From the NCBI GenBank assembly GCA_965217035.1, contig OZ244226.1, positions 1,098,146 through 1,162,145 on the forward strand: a stretch of 64,000 nucleotides of DNA, written 5' to 3'. The notes beneath the pieces are model-generated. The model did not search any database and was not told the DNA's origin. It saw only the letters and a list, made by a program, of their open reading frames with translations. Below are positions 42,521 to 52,448 of this stretch, one piece after another; the first letter of the stretch is position 1, and each line of letters starts with the position of its first letter. The DNA comes from Bacteriovoracaceae bacterium (lineage in GTDB: Bacteria; Bdellovibrionota; Bacteriovoracia; Bacteriovoracales; Bacteriovoracaceae). Made by a program: the position numbers and the translations under genes.

Positions 42521-43786
42521 CTAAGGCCACATACCTCGAAGCCGCATAGCTTTTTGTAGTCGGTTTAAGGATGAAATCATCGCCGCCGACTTCATATCAA
42601 CGTCATACTTATTCTGATTCCCATAAACAGTTTCAAAAGCATCTTTAAGAACACTTTTTAGTTTTTTATTAATTTGCTCTAAGTCCCAAAAATGCTGTGC
42701 AAGACCTTGGACCCATTCAAAATAACTTACAATAACACCACCAGCATTACAGAGAATATCTGGGATAATAAATCCTCCACGAGCAACAATCACCTTAACA
42801 GCTTCTTTTGTGACAGGACCATTGGCTCCTTCTGCGATGATCTTAGCTTTGACACGATCTGCATTAGATTCTGTAATAACACTATCAATTGCTGCGGGGA
42901 TAAGAATATCAACATCAAGCTCTAAGAGCTCATCATTAGAAATTTTTTCACATTCACCTGTATAATCATGAAGGAGGTTTCTTTGCTTGGTCCATTCAAT
43001 AATTTCTTCGAGGTTGAGTCCATTTTCATTATAGATCGCTCCAGAAACATCAGAGACCGCGCAAATTTTCGCCCCAAAATTTTTACTAAGGTCAACAGCA
43101 GCGGGAACTGCAACTTTACCAAAACCGTGAATTGCAACTTTTGTTTTTTCAGAAATTTCTAAATTCAATTTCTGACAAGCAAATTGGATACAAAAAGAAA
43201 CTCCAAGGCCTGTGGCATCAGCACGCCCCAAAGACCCGCCAACCGCAATTGGTTTACCTGTAACAACTCCAGGAACCGCATAACCTCCAACCTGAGAATA
43301 GGTATCCATGAACCAAGCCATTGTCTGAGCATCCGTTCCAATATCTGGAGCTGGGACATCATGAGTCGGTCCAATAAAAGGACCAATCTCTGTAGCGTAT
43401 CTTCTTGTTAACGATTGAAGTTCCTGTCTTGAAAGCTTGGTTGGATCCACTCGAACCCCTCCCTTTGCTCCTCCGAGAGGAAGACCAACGAGAGCACATT
43501 TGAAAGTCATAAGCATAGCAAGCGCCGCAGTTTCTGAAAGGTCAACAGCAGGATGAAAGCGAATTCCCCCTTTCCCTGGACCTAGAGTCATATTATGTTG
43601 AACTCTATATCCTTCAAAAGTTCTCACTGTTCCATCATCCAAACGAATAGGAACGGAAACCTGAATCGCTCTTTTTGGATGGCGAAGTCTTTCAACAATA
43701 TTGGGATCAATGTCCCCGGTTGAAGCAGCAGACTTTAATTGAAAAAGGGCATCTTGAAATAACGGGCTACTGGCAATATCAGTCAT
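42521..43786 (-). CDS. gdhA: Glu/Leu/Phe/Val dehydrogenase (glutamate dehydrogenase)
   Basis: GPGKGGIR, GGAKGG, DVPAPD, TGKP, EGANGP, NAGGVIVSYFEW; GAGGAG RBS. Confidence 0.93.
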   Translation of the reverse strand: MTDIASSPLFQDALFQLKSAASTGDIDPNIVERLRHPKRAIQVSVPIRLDDGTVRTFEGYRVQHNMTLGPGKGGIRFHPAVDLSETAALAMLMTFKCALVGLPLGGAKGGVRVDPTKLSRQELQSLTRRYATEIGPFIGPTHDVPAPDIGTDAQTMAWFMDTYSQVGGYAVPGVVTGKPIAVGGSLGRADATGLGVSFCIQFACQKLNLEISEKTKVAIHGFGKVAVPAAVDLSKNFGAKICAVSDVSGAIYNENGLNLEEIIEWTKQRNLLHDYTGECEKISNDELLELDVDILIPAAIDSVITESNADRVKAKIIAEGANGPVTKEAVKVIVARGGFIIPDILCNAGGVIVSYFEWVQGLAQHFWDLEQINKKLKSVLKDAFETVYGNQNKYDVDMKSAAMISSLNRLQKAMRLRGMWP

Positions 43787-43848
43787 CAATGACTCTCCTC
43801 AAAGTTCTTTTAATCCTCATATTCTAAACAAAGAAGCTAGGAAAATCT

Positions 43849-44721
43849 TTAAAATTTTGTATAAAAATTGAAAGAAAGAAGGGTTTGATCCTCAAATCGA
43901 ACATTATTTATTTTGTCTTCCTGGGTAGAAAGACGCACTGTGAAACCAGGTCTTAAAGTCTTATCCACACTTAAAAGTGTTCTTTTTTCACCAAAATTGA
44001 AATTTCCTGCTATATAAAGCCCGATCTTTTTAAAATGTCTTGAAACATTCACTTCTATCTCTTCATTAACGCCGATGACACTGTTGATATTTGCCACAGG
44101 ATTATCGAATTGAGTAATTAAAATACCTTTAAATAATCTGGGTTTGAACCGGAGTCTATAATTCCTTGAAAGTCTGACCTTTTTATCATTCTTTGATTTT
44201 AATTTTTCCGATCTCTGTTCTTTTTTATCAACATAAGTCTGATAACTATAATTATCATAAACAAAAACAGATTCCGAGTTAGTGATATTTCGATTTTCAT
44301 CGATGATATCATCTCGATTTTCCCCTCTTCTCCACTCATCAATTTGATCTCTTAGCGGTTGACGAGATTGACGACGAAAGTAACGGAAAAATTCATTTCG
44401 AACTATTTCCGTTTTTTCTCTCCTCGCCTCTTCAAAATAGAAACCAGAGTCTTCAAAGCCAAATTTCGCTGCCCACTGGTCTTGTTGTCTCCAGAATTGC
44501 AAACGGCTGTTGACTCTATTAAAGAGCGTAGCATGCCTTTGATTAAACTCTTCGTATCTTCTTTTTTGTTGAAAGTTAGTGTTGTTTGCAATGATCATTT
44601 CTTCAGGAATGACATAGGAAGGAGTCTCTTGTTCGACAAACGCAAAAAGTTCATTTTGAACTAATAAATTCACTAAAAAAGTGAATGAGAATAGTAAAAT
44701 CATTCTATTAAAACCGAACAT
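43849..44721 (-). CDS. Secreted hypothetical protein, probable C-terminal outer-membrane beta-barrel
   Basis: Signal peptide, helical N-half, alternating beta-strand pattern, terminal FNFYTKF; AGGAGG RBS. Confidence 0.55.
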   Translation of the reverse strand: MFGFNRMILLFSFTFLVNLLVQNELFAFVEQETPSYVIPEEMIIANNTNFQQKRRYEEFNQRHATLFNRVNSRLQFWRQQDQWAAKFGFEDSGFYFEEARREKTEIVRNEFFRYFRRQSRQPLRDQIDEWRRGENRDDIIDENRNITNSESVFVYDNYSYQTYVDKKEQRSEKLKSKNDKKVRLSRNYRLRFKPRLFKGILITQFDNPVANINSVIGVNEEIEVNVSRHFKKIGLYIAGNFNFGEKRTLLSVDKTLRPGFTVRLSTQEDKINNVRFEDQTLLSFNFYTKF

Positions 44722-44747
44722 CTATTCCCCTCCTAACTCTGTAAATA

Positions 44748-44763
44748 TGCAAGGAAAGGGCCA
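44748..44763 (-). promoter_or_regulatory. Sigma54 (-24/-12) promoter
   Basis: TGGCCCTTTCCTTGCA with exact GG-N10-GC spacing, about 26 nt upstream of the 44721 start. Confidence 0.75.
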
Positions 44764-45081
44764 ATTCTATTCAAAATGAGAGAGATTAGAGATCAACAAG
44801 ATGCTAAGTTTTTAAACAATGCCTATAGTTTTTACAGTAACTTTCTTGATAATAGGGCGTGTTTCTCCTCTTTATATGTTATACATCGAAATTTTAACCT
44901 ATAAGGTTTGATCAGAAGTTCTTCTCACTCATATTTACATAGTTTAAAAAAAACTGATTATTTATTGGACAGTTTGAGATAAGAAAATTTTACAGTAACC
45001 TTTAAAAAAACGAAATCTCTATATATATTCCTAAAAGAATAATCATAAACAGGAAGCACTTCCCAAGTTAGGAAGATTATA

Positions 45082-46578
45082 GTGAGACAGATTAGCAGCT
45101 CTTTACTTTTTTTTATTTTTTCAATATCTATCAATGCCTATTCAGGCTTACAGAAAAATATTATACCTGTTCAAAACCTTAGTGGGCCAATTTCACTCGG
45201 TGCAGGTCTTAATTCTTTTGAAAAAAATATTCTTAAAAACTGTTTTTTTGGAAAAGACAAAGAAGAAGTTATTACAACCCCTTATGAGATTTCATATAGT
45301 ATTAAGGCCATTAACAAGATTGAAGAATTTAATAAAACCTTCTCTGGAAATCTTGCTCTTGGAAAAATTCTTGGATTGAGCCTTGCTAAGAAAAAAACAA
45401 ATTCGAAGAAAACTCAACTTCACTTACTCACTTTTAAAATCTTTAGACATAGACATCTTCAAAACCATACCTTAAATGATCGTGCCAAAAACTTTTTCTT
45501 GAAAAGTCCTATGAAAAGATTTTTTGAAATTTGTGGGGATAGTTATATAAAGTCCGTTTCTGAAGGTTATGAACTGATCGCCTTAATTGAGCACAAAAAA
45601 TCAAGTAACTCTAGTTCCTCTCAATTATCTAAAAATATATCATTCAGTTTGGGAGAAGCTATTATTGATTTTCAAAAAGAACGTATCAAGCAAGGTGAAG
45701 AAATAAAAATAGAAAACCTTAAGAAATACACTGACCTCGCTATAGACTTACAGAAAAACAAAAGTAAAAAAACTGAGCAAGACGATATTTCTATTACAAT
45801 TCTTATGAACACGGCTTTCGAGAGTAATGAAAACATTCCTAAAGGCAATATTCGCCATCAACTCACAGACATTGAATTAATTGAGAAAAGAAAACACCAA
45901 ATAAACAGTTTGTTTGATAGTATAAGCGTTTCATCGGTTGATTCCCTTACAAAAACAATTCAGAGTTTTATGCAAAAGATTGAAACAGATCTGAATTCAA
46001 GAGAAAACCAAGAGCTTCCTCCTATTATCTCAGTTTCTCCTGGAGACTATTCAAAAGTTGTCGGAAGAAGTGATGATATTTACGATTCTCAACGGACACA
46101 AGAAAATTCTCCTCGAAGATGGAGTCGTCGAGATCGATCAAATAGTAGAGGAGCAGAGAATAAATTTGATTTTATTCTAGACGAGTTGATCAGTGGTGAA
46201 GCAGTAATTAAGCATTACAAAGATCTTAAAAACTCATTTGATTTTATCCGGTTTGCTATTAATAATATGATTTCTCGAAAATCTTTTGGCTTTTTCAATA
46301 AATCATCGATTATTAAACTTGATAATTATATGGATGAAATCGACTCAAAACTTGATGGTCTGAGAAGATATTGTCTTTTATATAACTACGATTGTATCAA
46401 TCTTAGAGACGACAGAGAAACTCGAGAGCTCTTTTGTGAGTTTTCTACTCTTCAAAAAATATCTGCTTGTCTAAAAGGCTCAAAGCTAAAGAAACAGTGT
46501 CGCAAGATACAACGTAGTACTTACCATGAAAAAGGTATGAACCGGTGTAAATCCGAATCAGGCAATAGAATTCTATAA
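45082..46578 (+). CDS. Secreted protein with MACPF/CDC-like signature (paralogue B)
   Basis: GTG start with AGGAAG RBS, signal peptide, LGAG..C motif, FFEICGDSYI..V..G motif, Cys-rich C-terminus. Confidence 0.55.
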   Translation: MRQISSSLLFFIFSISINAYSGLQKNIIPVQNLSGPISLGAGLNSFEKNILKNCFFGKDKEEVITTPYEISYSIKAINKIEEFNKTFSGNLALGKILGLSLAKKKTNSKKTQLHLLTFKIFRHRHLQNHTLNDRAKNFFLKSPMKRFFEICGDSYIKSVSEGYELIALIEHKKSSNSSSSQLSKNISFSLGEAIIDFQKERIKQGEEIKIENLKKYTDLAIDLQKNKSKKTEQDDISITILMNTAFESNENIPKGNIRHQLTDIELIEKRKHQINSLFDSISVSSVDSLTKTIQSFMQKIETDLNSRENQELPPIISVSPGDYSKVVGRSDDIYDSQRTQENSPRRWSRRDRSNSRGAENKFDFILDELISGEAVIKHYKDLKNSFDFIRFAINNMISRKSFGFFNKSSIIKLDNYMDEIDSKLDGLRRYCLLYNYDCINLRDDRETRELFCEFSTLQKISACLKGSKLKKQCRKIQRSTYHEKGMNRCKSESGNRIL

Positions 46579-46631
46579 GCAGATTTAATAATCATTTAAA
46601 TTGTTCAAAACATCGTTGAAACTGTTGAATC

Positions 46632-47486
46632 TTAGTTCAGGCTTTTCTCGAGGAGTTCTTTCAACTCTAACTTTGTTTGGTAATCCAAAGAATCCATTTG
46701 ATCTTCGATATTGCCCTTAAGGAAGGCTGTTGCTTTAGGAAGTTTTGCACCTTTCTTCACTCGACTCGTCTTTTTCAATGGGGCATTACCAAGCAGGACT
46801 TTAAGTTCTGCTCGTTTTATAAGATCACCAGATAAAATTTTTCTTTTCACTCGTGCTTTTAACTTAGTGTCTTTTACTTTCTGCCATTCTAAAAGAACAT
46901 ATTTCTCAATATTGAACTTCTTAGCTGCTTCTTTGACGGACTTTGGAAGTTTTCCAATTAAAAGGCAACGATGAACTTCAGACTTTGAAACTCCAAGAGC
47001 TGCTTGAATTTTTCTTTCAGAAGCTCCCGTTGTTTTTTGATAGGCAAGAATACTATCAGCTTGATCAATATAATGAAGAGCTTCACGGGCAGAGTTCTCA
47101 GAGAACTGAATCGCCATAAGTTCTTCATCAGTCTTATTCTCTAAAATAAAACAAGGAGCTTCTTTCATCTCCTTAATAGTCGACATGGCCCTAAATCTTC
47201 GCTCTCCACAAATAAGAACAAACTTTCGTCCTTCTCTATGAAGTACAAGTGGTTGAATCAATCCATTTTCACGAATATTATCAGCGAGCTCTATAATTGA
47301 TTCATCATTGAATTTGGTTCGAACTTGTTTTCGAACAACAATATCTTTGAGCTTTACTTTTTCAAGTTCCGCTCCTCTTAGAAGCTTCTCGTCAGTAAGT
47401 TTGAGAATACTAAGATCAAGATTTGAAGTGAGATCGACACTTTTTCTATTTCGCTTTGATACACGTTTCGCAAACGTTTTAGCCAT
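46632..47486 (-). CDS. parB: ParB/Spo0J family protein
   Basis: ELADNIRENGLIQP, CGERRFRA (CTP box), EN..RE, HTH. Confidence 0.9.
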   Translation of the reverse strand: MAKTFAKRVSKRNRKSVDLTSNLDLSILKLTDEKLLRGAELEKVKLKDIVVRKQVRTKFNDESIIELADNIRENGLIQPLVLHREGRKFVLICGERRFRAMSTIKEMKEAPCFILENKTDEELMAIQFSENSAREALHYIDQADSILAYQKTTGASERKIQAALGVSKSEVHRCLLIGKLPKSVKEAAKKFNIEKYVLLEWQKVKDTKLKARVKRKILSGDLIKRAELKVLLGNAPLKKTSRVKKGAKLPKATAFLKGNIEDQMDSLDYQTKLELKELLEKSLN

Positions 47487-47497
47487 GCAGGTTTTCC

Positions 47498-48274
47498 TTA
47501 GTTAAGTCCTAGAGAGTCCCATAGATTGATATAATCTTGCTTCCCTTTCGATCTTTTTCCCATCATATAGATTGGCTTACTCATCGAGATAGATTCTTGC
47601 ATTTCAACAAGATTTCTAATTGGAGGAGCAACATTGAACATATCAGAAAGTTCATCAAGGCGTGATCTTTCAATTTTTCTTCGGGAGTTAACCATTGAAG
47701 GAATAATAGAGAACTTCATCTTTGGATTTTCAGACTCTTTGATAATCTCAAAAGTATCCATGAGCTCTTCTAGACCATCAATTGAATAGTCCTGAGCTTG
47801 TGTAGGAATAAGAATATGATCACTCGCTACAAGTGACATAATAAGTTCATCACCTAAAACAGGCGGAGTATCGATTACGACGTAATCATACTTCGAAGAT
47901 ACTGGCTTAAGTCTAAGCTTTAAAAGTCTCTCTTTTCGACCGGCATCTTTTCGAACTTCATTTTCCGACAGAATAAGAAGCTTTGAAAGATTCGCTAGAT
48001 GGCGGCTTGAAGGAATAACATTGATATTTTCAAAGCAGTCATACTCTCCTTCAGCTGGAACAATAATATCTTCAAATGGGACATCTCCGATCAACCATTC
48101 AGGGATTAAAGTTCTATTTACATTGACCCCAAGAGTTGAACTGAGATTAGCTTGAGAATCGAGGTCAATCACGAGTACTCGTTTACCTTTGTGCGCTAGG
48201 TAAGTAGCAAGTTGAAAACACTGCATCGTCTTCCCTACACCACCTTTATTATTGGCAACTGTAATGATTTTCAT
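47498..48274 (-). CDS. parA: ParA/Soj family ATPase
   Basis: NNKGGVGKT, IDLDSQAN, DTPP. Confidence 0.92.
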   Translation of the reverse strand: MKIITVANNKGGVGKTMQCFQLATYLAHKGKRVLVIDLDSQANLSSTLGVNVNRTLIPEWLIGDVPFEDIIVPAEGEYDCFENINVIPSSRHLANLSKLLILSENEVRKDAGRKERLLKLRLKPVSSKYDYVVIDTPPVLGDELIMSLVASDHILIPTQAQDYSIDGLEELMDTFEIIKESENPKMKFSIIPSMVNSRRKIERSRLDELSDMFNVAPPIRNLVEMQESISMSKPIYMMGKRSKGKQDYINLWDSLGLN

Positions 48275-48400
48275 GATTTATGTCCTCCCGACAAATTTGG
48301 TACATCCTATACTAAAATTCTAGGGCATCGTTTCATTGTCCGTCAAAGATTTACGATATTTGTCATTTATAGGTAAGAAACTGTATCATTCCGCTCAAGT

Positions 48401-49513
48401 ATGTTGAATCTCTATAAAGAAAAAGACCTTAAATCTCATCTTCCCTCTATTAATAGAGAGGAATTTAACGATGCTGAGGTCCTCACAGAAATAAACCGTC
48501 TCAAAGACGAATTGAAAGATGATCTTGTGATTCTTGGTCACCATTATCAACAAGATGACATTATTCAATTCGCTGACATTACTGGAGATTCTCTTCAACT
48601 TTCTCGAGAAGCCTCAAAGCTCTCGAAGAAATATATTATCTTTTGTGGTGTTCACTTCATGGCCGAAACGGCTGACATGCTAACAACAGATGAGCAGGTC
48701 GTGATTCTTCCCGACATGAAAGCTGGTTGCTCTATGGCAGATATGGCAAACCGAAAAGAGATCGATCGCTGCTGGAATAACTTATTGCGAGCAACTTCTG
48801 AAAAAATCGTCCCGATTACATATATAAATTGTGCAGCAACTTTGAAGTCATTTGTTGGTGAGAATGATGGTGCAATTTGTACTTCAAGTAATGCTAAAGA
48901 AGTTATTACTTGGGCCTTAGAAAAAGGTCAAAAACTTTTATTTTTTCCTGACCAACATCTTGGAAGAAACACATGCTCAGACTTGGGAATCTCTTTAGAC
49001 GAAATGGTTGTTTATAATCCTGCTATGATGAATGGTGGGCTCACTGATGAGCAAATTTCGAAGGCCAAGGTTATTCTTTGGTATGGATTTTGTTCAGTTC
49101 ACCAAGGTTTTCAAGCAAAACAAATTGATACAATCCGAGAACAAGAACCTGATAGGAAAATTATCGTACATCCTGAATGCAGCTATGAAGTTTTCAAAAA
49201 AGCTGACCTTGCTGGATCAACTTCATATATCATTAATACGATTGAATCCGCTCCCTCAGGTTCTAAGTTTGCGGTAGGAACTGAAATCAACCTCGTTAAC
49301 CGTTTAAATCACAAATACTCTGATAAATCGATTACTTCGCTCTCTCCTTATCAATGTCTTTGTACAACAATGTACCGAGTGAGACCCAGATGGCTCTTGA
49401 AGAGTCTTCAAGCCATTAAAGAGAATAATCCTATTAATGTTATTAAGGTTGATAAAAAAACTGCTGAATTTTCTCAAAAAGCTCTTAATAATATGTTCGC
49501 GGTAACTCAATGA
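48401..49513 (+). CDS. nadA: Quinolinate synthase
   Basis: GHHYQ, FCGVHFMAE, AGCSMA, CSVH, VHPEC, C.TM. Confidence 0.96.
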   Translation: MLNLYKEKDLKSHLPSINREEFNDAEVLTEINRLKDELKDDLVILGHHYQQDDIIQFADITGDSLQLSREASKLSKKYIIFCGVHFMAETADMLTTDEQVVILPDMKAGCSMADMANRKEIDRCWNNLLRATSEKIVPITYINCAATLKSFVGENDGAICTSSNAKEVITWALEKGQKLLFFPDQHLGRNTCSDLGISLDEMVVYNPAMMNGGLTDEQISKAKVILWYGFCSVHQGFQAKQIDTIREQEPDRKIIVHPECSYEVFKKADLAGSTSYIINTIESAPSGSKFAVGTEINLVNRLNHKYSDKSITSLSPYQCLCTTMYRVRPRWLLKSLQAIKENNPINVIKVDKKTAEFSQKALNNMFAVTQ

Positions 49514-50613
49514 TATACGCTGATTACAATGGAACATATCCTCTTAAAAATTCTGTTAAAGAATATTTAAAAGAAAGATTTGAAGGTCCGTTTGCGAACC
49601 CCAATGCTATTCACTCATTAGGGCAAAATATCAATCAAGCCTTAGAGAAATGTCGTGAGATTTGTGCTGAAGCTTTAGGGGCTGAACCAGAACAAGTTAT
49701 TTTCACCTCTGGATCGTCTGAATCTGTCTCTCAAGTTTTTCACTCTATAAATAATAAAGAATATAATTCGATTCTTTGTTCTCCTGTCGAACATGCTGTG
49801 GTCGATAATGCGATTTTTGGCAATGGCTTCGAACGAGAAATTTTTTCATTTGAAAATTTCAATCCTGTTTTCCCAGAAAGTGGAGACTTTGATCTCGCTT
49901 GCTTAATGCTCGCCAATAATGAATCTGGAATCATTTTTAATCTCGAAGAATTTGTAAGTTGGGCCTTGAAATATAATGTCCCTGTCTTTAGTGATACCAC
50001 TCAAATTATTGGCAAAATTCCTTTTCACTTTAATCAATCAGGTATTGATTATGCTGTTATTTCTGGCCATAAGCTTGGAGGTTTGACCGGAACAGGACTT
50101 CTTCTTGCTAAAAATCCTGAAACATTGAAGCCATTGATTTATGGTGGTGGCCAAGAGAAAGGATTAAGAGGAGGCACTCAAAATTATCTTGGTATTGAAT
50201 GTCTTGCTCTCTTACTTTCAAACTTAAATAAAACGATTGAATCCTATAAGAATGTTGAAAAACAAAAAATTGAATTTGAGAACTCCTTGAAAAGTAAAAT
50301 TGAAGGTTTAGTTGTCTTTGGAGATCGATGCAAACGATTGCCTAATACAACCCAATTAGCGATTCCAGGAATTCATGGTCAGGCCATACAAATCGAATTG
50401 GAATCGAGGGATATTTTTGTCACCACCTCATCTGCTTGTTCAGATAATTATCCTAATGCCCCAGAGAGTTTAGTTGCTCTAGGCTATAGTGAAGAACTTG
50501 CTCGTGGATCCGTAAGAATTTCAACTAATGAATCTTTTACAGAGCTCGATTATATGAAAATCCATGCAGCTCTTATCGACTCTTATCAAACTCTTAATCG
50601 AATTCAGGTTTAG
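49510..50613 (+). CDS. Cysteine desulfurase (IscS/NifS-like)
   Basis: FTSG, ANNESG, SGHKLGG (PLP Lys), GGGQE, SSACS. Confidence 0.9.
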   Translation: MIYADYNGTYPLKNSVKEYLKERFEGPFANPNAIHSLGQNINQALEKCREICAEALGAEPEQVIFTSGSSESVSQVFHSINNKEYNSILCSPVEHAVVDNAIFGNGFEREIFSFENFNPVFPESGDFDLACLMLANNESGIIFNLEEFVSWALKYNVPVFSDTTQIIGKIPFHFNQSGIDYAVISGHKLGGLTGTGLLLAKNPETLKPLIYGGGQEKGLRGGTQNYLGIECLALLLSNLNKTIESYKNVEKQKIEFENSLKSKIEGLVVFGDRCKRLPNTTQLAIPGIHGQAIQIELESRDIFVTTSSACSDNYPNAPESLVALGYSEELARGSVRISTNESFTELDYMKIHAALIDSYQTLNRIQV

Positions 50614-51097
50614 CTGAATAAATCGCAAAACCAAAAGGAAATTGTGAAATTGGATTATCCCAAAGCTTAGGATTTAATTCTTTATCGGCTCTTATATTAG
50701 GGAATCGAATATCAAAAAAACTTTCACTTTTCTTATCAACAAACCTCAGAGTCATGATGTTTTTTCCAAGGTATCGAGTAGAAATATAAGTCCATGCCCA
50801 ATTAGACTTTAAATCAAACTCAAATATCGTCTCTCCAAGACAGTTCTTTTCCTTTTTTGATTGATAGAACTTTATTTTTGTTTCTCTCATATAGAGGCAA
50901 AAACGCTGTTGCCCTCCTTCAATATAGACATCGAACATTAACTCAGTATTTAAATCAGAACCTGAGAACTCAAAGTTTTTCTTAGGAATGCTTGTTTGGA
51001 AAGTACCAGTTAGAAACCTTTGTACTTTGTTTGAGATAAGAGAAAATTCACTTCCAAATAAAGGAGTACTCAATAGAAAAAATACTAAAAACTTCAT
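50594..51097 (-). CDS. Hypothetical exported protein
   Basis: Signal-like N-terminus MKFLVFFLLSTPLFG; ATGA overlap with the upstream gene. Confidence 0.6.
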   Translation of the reverse strand: MKFLVFFLLSTPLFGSEFSLISNKVQRFLTGTFQTSIPKKNFEFSGSDLNTELMFDVYIEGGQQRFCLYMRETKIKFYQSKKEKNCLGETIFEFDLKSNWAWTYISTRYLGKNIMTLRFVDKKSESFFDIRFPNIRADKELNPKLWDNPISQFPFGFAIYSAKPEFD

Positions 51098-52389
51098 TGA
51101 ATCACCCTCATACACCGAAAGCCCACCTTCAAGTTCTCATTAATAATCTCATCTCCTTTCTTTCCTAGAAGAGAGCTGTCAAATCGGAAGTTCTTATTTT
51201 TGTGAGCCTTCCCGTCCCAATGAAAACGATGGGAAAGGATATGCCATGGACTAAAGCGATCAAAATAAAAAGAGGAAGCATTAATATTAAAATAAGGAGC
51301 TTCTTGATTATCCACGGCTTCTAGCAGACCTCCCATAACATCATAAATACCCATCCATGAAATATTATCTCTTTCAAAAGTTCGAAAACGTTCCTTACAC
51401 TCACTTATTGGAATTTTTGTGCAAGTCCTTTCTTTCACATGATCATTCTTATCATAATGATCATTAAAATCAGCGCGCGGAGAAATAAGTCCTTTGTTGC
51501 GATCTCCCCAAGCGAAAAGGCTGGTAAGTCCTTCTTTTTCTTTTAGATTTCGATAAAAACTGGCTGCATCATGAACCCGAGAAGAAATTAGTTTTTTTCC
51601 ACGATCATGACAAAAATCTTTCATTTCATTTAATGTAAGATTATCGGCATACTCGGTCCAAGAAAAAATATCTTTTTCCAAACCTCTCATATTATTTAAA
51701 GATTTCCATTCAAAGACATCATGTTTGCTTACTAAATATTGATCAATAAAAATATTTTTTTCATTTTTCCACTTTTTTACATTATCTCGCTCACCTTTTT
51801 CTTCATTCATTTTGAAAATTTCTTGAGAATGGGAATATTCAAGTTTAGGCAAATAAGTTTCATTACAATTTCTCTCTAAATTGATGACGTAACTGACTTT
51901 TGGATTTGATTTTAAGACAAGAGTTACTTCTAATGAGTAATTTCTTAAAGTTTGGTAATAACGTTTTTTACGAGAAAGATTTTTTACAGGAGGATATTTA
52001 GCAAAAAGTTTTATGACTTCTTTTCTATTATTGAATTCAATTTCAAAATCTTTTTTTGCGTTAGGAATTTGTCCAGAAAAATAGCATTGTAAAAGCTGTG
52101 GATTGCATTTTAAATAATCTTCTCCTGTTTCTAATTTTTCCCAGTGTAGTTCTCCACAGGTATCGACTTTTTCGCCTAAGCCAGGATAAGAACCTGAACT
52201 CCAAAAATGATTTAATCTTTCACCCGCCTTTATAAAATAAGGGAGATAATCGTAATTTTCAGAGGCATTGATTTCTTGTTTAGCAGAGTTAAATTCATTT
52301 GATTTAAAAATCCATACAATGATGAGTAGTAGAAACAAAAAAATAACAGTTAAAATAAGTCGGTTTTTCAATTTGTGCTGCATCGCCAT
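51094..52389 (-). CDS. Membrane-anchored FGE-sulfatase (SUMF1/EgtB/PvdO-like) domain protein, divergent
   Basis: N-terminal TM; FIDQYLVS, FAWG, GIYDVMGGLLE and C-terminal VGFRC. Confidence 0.7.
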   Translation of the reverse strand: MAMQHKLKNRLILTVIFLFLLLIIVWIFKSNEFNSAKQEINASENYDYLPYFIKAGERLNHFWSSGSYPGLGEKVDTCGELHWEKLETGEDYLKCNPQLLQCYFSGQIPNAKKDFEIEFNNRKEVIKLFAKYPPVKNLSRKKRYYQTLRNYSLEVTLVLKSNPKVSYVINLERNCNETYLPKLEYSHSQEIFKMNEEKGERDNVKKWKNEKNIFIDQYLVSKHDVFEWKSLNNMRGLEKDIFSWTEYADNLTLNEMKDFCHDRGKKLISSRVHDAASFYRNLKEKEGLTSLFAWGDRNKGLISPRADFNDHYDKNDHVKERTCTKIPISECKERFRTFERDNISWMGIYDVMGGLLEAVDNQEAPYFNINASSFYFDRFSPWHILSHRFHWDGKAHKNKNFRFDSSLLGKKGDEIINENLKVGFRCMRVIQ

Positions 52390-52448
52390 GTTATCCTGAT
52401 TTAGATTATAATATTGAGAAGGTATGATCTACTACAAAAGGCAAGGTA

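Noticed and set aside
46579..46632. Weak dyads and GTTGAA repeats downstream of parB as parS
   Set aside because: No match to canonical parS; AT-rich and imperfect, so more likely a convergent terminator or chance.
45082..48274. MACPF-like gene plus parAB as an integrated plasmid or prophage
   Set aside because: No integrase, rep, phage gene, tRNA or flanking direct repeat seen.
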